Position numbers and translations under genes: made by a program. The notes beneath the pieces were generated by a model that worked only from the letters and a program-made list of their open reading frames with translations, was not told the DNA's origin and ran no database searches. Of a stretch of DNA of 64,000 nucleotides, positions 59,375 to 64,000 are shown piece after piece (within the stretch, counting starts at the first letter, position 1; the number at the start of each line of letters is the position of its first letter). Source of the stretch: Amphiscolops sp. MND2022. Lineage: Eukaryota. Where the stretch lies: assembly GCA_964187785.1 (NCBI GenBank), contig OZ076409.1:11410001-11474000 (forward strand), in the 5' to 3' direction.

Positions 59375-61250
59375 AAACAGAACAAAATCTAACTCATTTA
59401 TTTAATGAAGTGGCTTCCTCTCGTCATCTTCGTTCCCAGGATGAAGAAATGCCATTCATACCACCATTAATTTCCTTTTATCGGAGAATCTTGAAAACCT
59501 TCACTTTAGCAACTTCCTTTTCAACTGCACCAAATACGTCATCAGTATTGAAACTAGCAATTCAAGGAGAAAAAGTCAATTTGAAAAAAAAATAGATTAA
59601 GACAGAAAAATTGGTTGAGATTGTCTTGAAAACAATGATTTAGCTACCAATATTTTTCGGCACTGTGAACCTCTAAACGATTTAATCGGTCTCTTCGACT
59701 TGCGACTTCGACTCTATATTACGCGACAAGTTGAACAAAAAAGTACGGAAACAACAGACGGCAAAATTTCGGTTTTCTCAGAAGTGAAAACACAAAATTA
59801 GATGCAGAGACCCATGTTGAAGCTTCCAATGTTCGAAATGAAAATGTAATAATAGAAAAAAACAGGGGCTTTTACGTGAACTGATTATTGATCATCAAAA
59901 GATTTTCCATTTTTCTCACTTTTTCAAATGCAGTTCTAACGTAATGATTTGCGACAAGATTCTCACAGCGACGATATTCTCTGAAAATCTTAATAAACAT
60001 CTCAATAATTTCTCAAGCGAAAACTTTGCTCGTTTTAACACGCAACTTACATTTATTTATGCAAAAAGCGCTATAACGTCAACGACAATTTTTCAGAAAC
60101 CCAACAAACTATTGAGAAAATGTTCCGGGAAGAAAAATGTTCTGAGCAAGGCTATCGAAACTGTATCACTGACAAAATGTCACAACCATATTCATATTCC
60201 TTTATGCTGCTTTATTAGCTTGAGTGAGAGTGGCTACAATTGAGAGATGATATCAAAGAATTGTATTCATTTAATTCAAAAACCCTCATTTTTCAAGCAT
60301 AAAGACCACTTTCAGGTCTACCGATGCAAAATTTTCCCTTTGAGGAAAAGAACAAAATCTAACTTATTTAATAAACGGCGGAAAAAAGGACAAAATCTAA
60401 CTGCTTTAAACAATGACGTCGTTTCCCTTTCATCATCTTCATTCTAGGAATAGAGAAAAGTCATTCAAACATTCAAACCACTGTTAATTTCCTTTTCTCT
60501 GAAACTCCTAAAACTCTTCACTTAGCAACTGCCCTTTACCACTACACCAATTACGTCATCAGCAATTAAACAAGTAATTCAAAGAGAAAAAGTCAATGAA
60601 ATGAAAAAACATAGCGGAACAGAGGACATGGTCGAGATTGTTTTGAAAAGCATGATTTTACTAGCGATACTTTTCGCAATGTGAAAGTCTGAACCATTTA
60701 TTTGGTCCCTTCGATTTGCGATTTCAACTCGATATACTGCGACAAATTCAACAAAACAAAGTACAGAAAAAAAAACGAGCAACAAAAAGCAAAATGTCGG
60801 TTTTCTGAAACTTACAACTAAAAAACTAGATGCAGAGGCACTTCTGATGTTCGAAATGAAAGTGTTACGATATGTAGAACCAGAGTCTTTTTCGTGACTG
60901 TTCATTTATCATCAAAAACTTCTTTTTCCTTCACTTTTTTAAAACGCAGTTCCAATGTAATGATTTGCGACATAATTCTCAGAACGACAATATTTTCTCA
61001 ATATCAAAATCTCAACAATGATCTCAATATTTTCCCAAACGAACACTTTGCTCATTTTCAAACGCAACTTACATTTATCCAAAACACTATCACCTTTTCG
61101 ACAATTGTTCACAAGCTTTGCAAACTATCAAGAGTGTGTGGGAAGAAAAATGTTCTGAACAAAGGTATCAAAACTGTATCACTGACGAAAAGTCACAGCC
61201 GTTTTCAGAGACCCTTGTAGCCCTTTCACTAGATTGAGAGTGGCCACAAT
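59375..61250. repeat. Diverged tandem duplication of a ~0.87-kb unit (~59375-60242 and ~60385-61250)
   Basis: Collinear shared blocks spaced ~1 kb apart, e.g. ACAAAATCTAACT, GTAATGATTTGCGACA, GGGAAGAAAAATGTTCTGA, AAACTGTATCACTGAC and GAGAGTGGC. Confidence 0.75.
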
Positions 61251-62676
61251 GGAGATAATTAGCAACATCAGAATCATTTGTTTGGTTCAATATCAATATT
61301 CCGTTAGGTCAATTGCATTGATATATTTCGAAAGCCCACATTCTTTAATTATGAATTTCGTCCTGCACAAGGTAACAAAACTTGTCCGTGATATCAAGAT
61401 CTCGGTTGTAGCACAATAAACTCCGTTATGTAAATTATATCTGAAGGTTTCAGTATACTTCAACCCAAAAAGATACAAAGTTACTTTTTATGGACGACAT
61501 ACTCATCTTTAGCCACTCATCCAAATGTTTCTCGTCATTCAGATATTTATGAGGTTTAAACGTTATGAATCAGTTTTTGACATTTCTGACCTTGACCGAG
61601 TCACCTTGAAACTAAAGCTTCGAGTCGATCATTGTTTGACAACTTGACTGCAAAAATGGTTCCACAGCTTGGTATAGAAAGATAGTATCCGAAAGAGCAC
61701 GGACTTAAAAAAGCAGAACTGCTTATTCGACGTACAAACCGCGGATTGGGGAAATGAACTTTCTTCTGGGAATCATGATCCACAATCGCAGCGAAAGATC
61801 AAATCTTATCCCAATATTGTTCACAACCTTCTTGAATCAGTTCTCTCGAAAGTTGCAGCTTCATAAAAAGGATTTGGTGCAAACTGAATAACTTGAATTC
61901 GAAAGAGAGGCTTTGTTTTTTGGAGATATTTCCAATCAATTATGGTTTATAGTATTACACGAACTTTATCGAAAGAGACCGTTTGCGGGCAAACCCTCAT
62001 TGTGTTACTGACCTTAGCGGTTTCTGTCGACATTAATTGTTTTATTGCACTGAAATTTCATCGCAAACTATGTCGGCACATTTGTTTTCGAACCTTGTTT
62101 CCTCTCACCCCACTGCAGCAGCTTGGAGGAAAAAAATGGTCCTAATCTCATACAGTAACTTTTCGTAAACGCTGCATCTAAAAATACAGTAAATACTACT
62201 TTATGAATCTGATTTTCCGGAAACGGTTTAACAATTCTCGAAATCAAAATATACATTTTACTCGACTTGGGCAGTTAGTTGAGTACTTGCCAAAAACTGT
62301 ATAAATTGACAAAAAGCACAAAACACAATTTTGCTCAAAGTCAGCAATTTATAACTTTCACAATTTTTGTCTCAGAAAATAAGAAAAATAGTATACACTA
62401 AATGAAGTTCTAAGAAACTTTTATCTCTGATGTTTTCGGAAAACTTTATTCGATTTCGAGAAAATAGAGCCTAAAATGGCCTCGGGCATGATAAATTATT
62501 CACAGTACTGTACTTCAGAAGGTTTTTTGAAAAAAGTTGAGATCCGAAGTCTGAGTCTAATATGGTTACATTTCAGTTTCATTTTCAGTCGAAACCTTCG
62601 GAAGGTGATTTGGTAAATCAGGGTGACAAAAAACCTACGCAAAATGAATTCCTAAGACTTAATAAGGTAATTGGAA

Positions 62677-63162
62677 AACAAGCCGGGAACGGCCCAAGTC
62701 GGCGCCATATCTAAGGCTCAAAAACACTCGAAAACGAAAACCACTTTTTCTACAACTGGAGACAACAAAAGCTCTCAAAAAACTAAAAATTGAGAAAAAA
62801 AACTTCCGAAGTTTATTTGAAGTTTCCGGTTAGTCGCATAGTGCCGAAAAATGTAAAAGGGGGGGACGCTTTGGGATTTTTTGAAGATCCATTCTGTTGC
62901 AAAATATCAAAAATTGATGGGAGGAACAAAAAAATTTGGAAAAAAAATCAGTCTCACAGTGCCGAAAAAAGGAGGCAAGTCTCACAGTGTCGAAAAAAGT
63001 GGACCCTTCTGCTTTGGAATGGCTTTTTATCTCATGTTAGAGGCTTTGGATGCGTTGAAAATGAAGTACTAATTAATGCATTGAAAGTTTCGCGTTGAAC
63101 TGACGAAAAAAAAACTAGCCACTGTAAGAGTCGGGATTTTCTTCGAAAACGCCGACTAAAAA
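62677..63162 (-). mobile_element. HINE/DINE-1-like repeat copy
   Basis: AACAAGCCGGGAACGGCCCAAGTCGGCGCC...AGTCGGG...CGCCGACTAAAAA; close match to 22303-22840. Confidence 0.72.
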
Positions 63163-63691
63163 CAGAACGGAAGAACTTTTGCTTTCCATAATTGTATATT
63201 CGTTAACAAAGCATTGAAATATTGTTTTTTTTTTAAATTTTTCCTGTCAACCATTCAAAATGGAGCTCTCACTACCTATTCAAGTCTTGAGCTAAGAATG
63301 GTTCGAGCCTTCCGAAAAATTCGAGAAGTTACCAGTCTTTCCCTTTCAACTTTTAATGGGTGAAATTCACTACCGTCGAAGAAAGTTGCCACATTAAGTG
63401 AGTAACAGCAAAACTCACAGCTGTTTCGAAACGTTTGTTGACAACTATTTGAATCGTTTTATGCCTTCCAATTTTTGGTTCACCTGCAGCGTGTTACTAA
63501 AAAACTCGAACAAGCACTAAAATTTTCCCATTGGCAAGAACTACCGCAACTACCGAAAACTATAATTCTAAGACGTTAGAGTCATAAAAGTTCATCAAAG
63601 TGCAAAATTTTGCAACTTCAAGGCTTTTTGTCATAACGTGCTATTAACCTTGCCGACTCTATACTCTATACTAAATTTGGGGAGACTACCT

Positions 63692-64000
63692 TGTAATACG
63701 GTTGATTCCGAATGACCTTCACCGAGCTTCAGTCTAGACTCTTTAGACAGCCTAACAAGTTGTTTACTAACAAACTTGAAACTATAGAATTACAATTTAT
63801 ATACATTTAGTATAAACTTTTGATACGAATCAGTCGTACTCAATACAGTTTCTATTTTATCATCTTGTCCTATCTTAACCTAGCTTAGAAATACAACATG
63901 GCGCAGTCAGCCAATTTTAACAAAAAAATTACAACGAACTTCTAACAAGATGGCAGAACGAAACACAGTACCAAACCTAGAAGCAAAAGCCACCGACGGA
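63692..64000 (+). mobile_element. Possible 5' LTR (63692-63898) and tRNA-Ser-type PBS of another Gypsy element running off the window
   Basis: A TGTAATAC...ATACAACA block is followed directly by TGGCGCAGTCAGC. No second LTR or coding domain is visible to confirm it. Confidence 0.45.

Noticed and set aside
61270..62150. Coding-like minus-strand stretch
   Set aside because: Interrupted by stops in each frame I read, and no family could be recognised.

Overview
AT-rich eukaryotic (probably invertebrate) DNA made mostly of transposable elements. I cannot support any host gene. The main result is two divergent copies of a large Ty3/Gypsy LTR-retrotransposon lineage with an unusual shared layout. 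Element B is complete (33524-50124, minus strand, 16.6 kb, ~2.34-kb near-identical LTRs, CTTAT target-site duplication). Element A (<1-12705, plus strand) is decayed and starts before the window. A solo LTR of the A family lies at ~53277-54923. Shared layout: (i) the Gag reading frame starts inside the LTR and runs out of it (through the PBS in B); (ii) gag and pol are joined at a -1 slippery site; (iii) a multi-exon gene with GT-AG introns lies antisense to pol (7 exons, 1109 aa, uninterrupted in B), encodes a C2H2-type zinc finger plus a body resembling a degenerate hAT transposase, and shares three intron positions between A and B; (iv) a further sense ORF runs across the PPT into the 3' LTR. 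Also present: a 5-kb Mag-like Gypsy element with 168-bp LTRs (14667-19678), a possible further LTR/PBS at the right edge, a decayed LINE 5' fragment, several Helentron-associated (HINE/DINE-1-like) repeats, two Merlin-like derivatives and other MITEs. Exon models and homologies were worked out by eye and need RNA-seq and profile searches.
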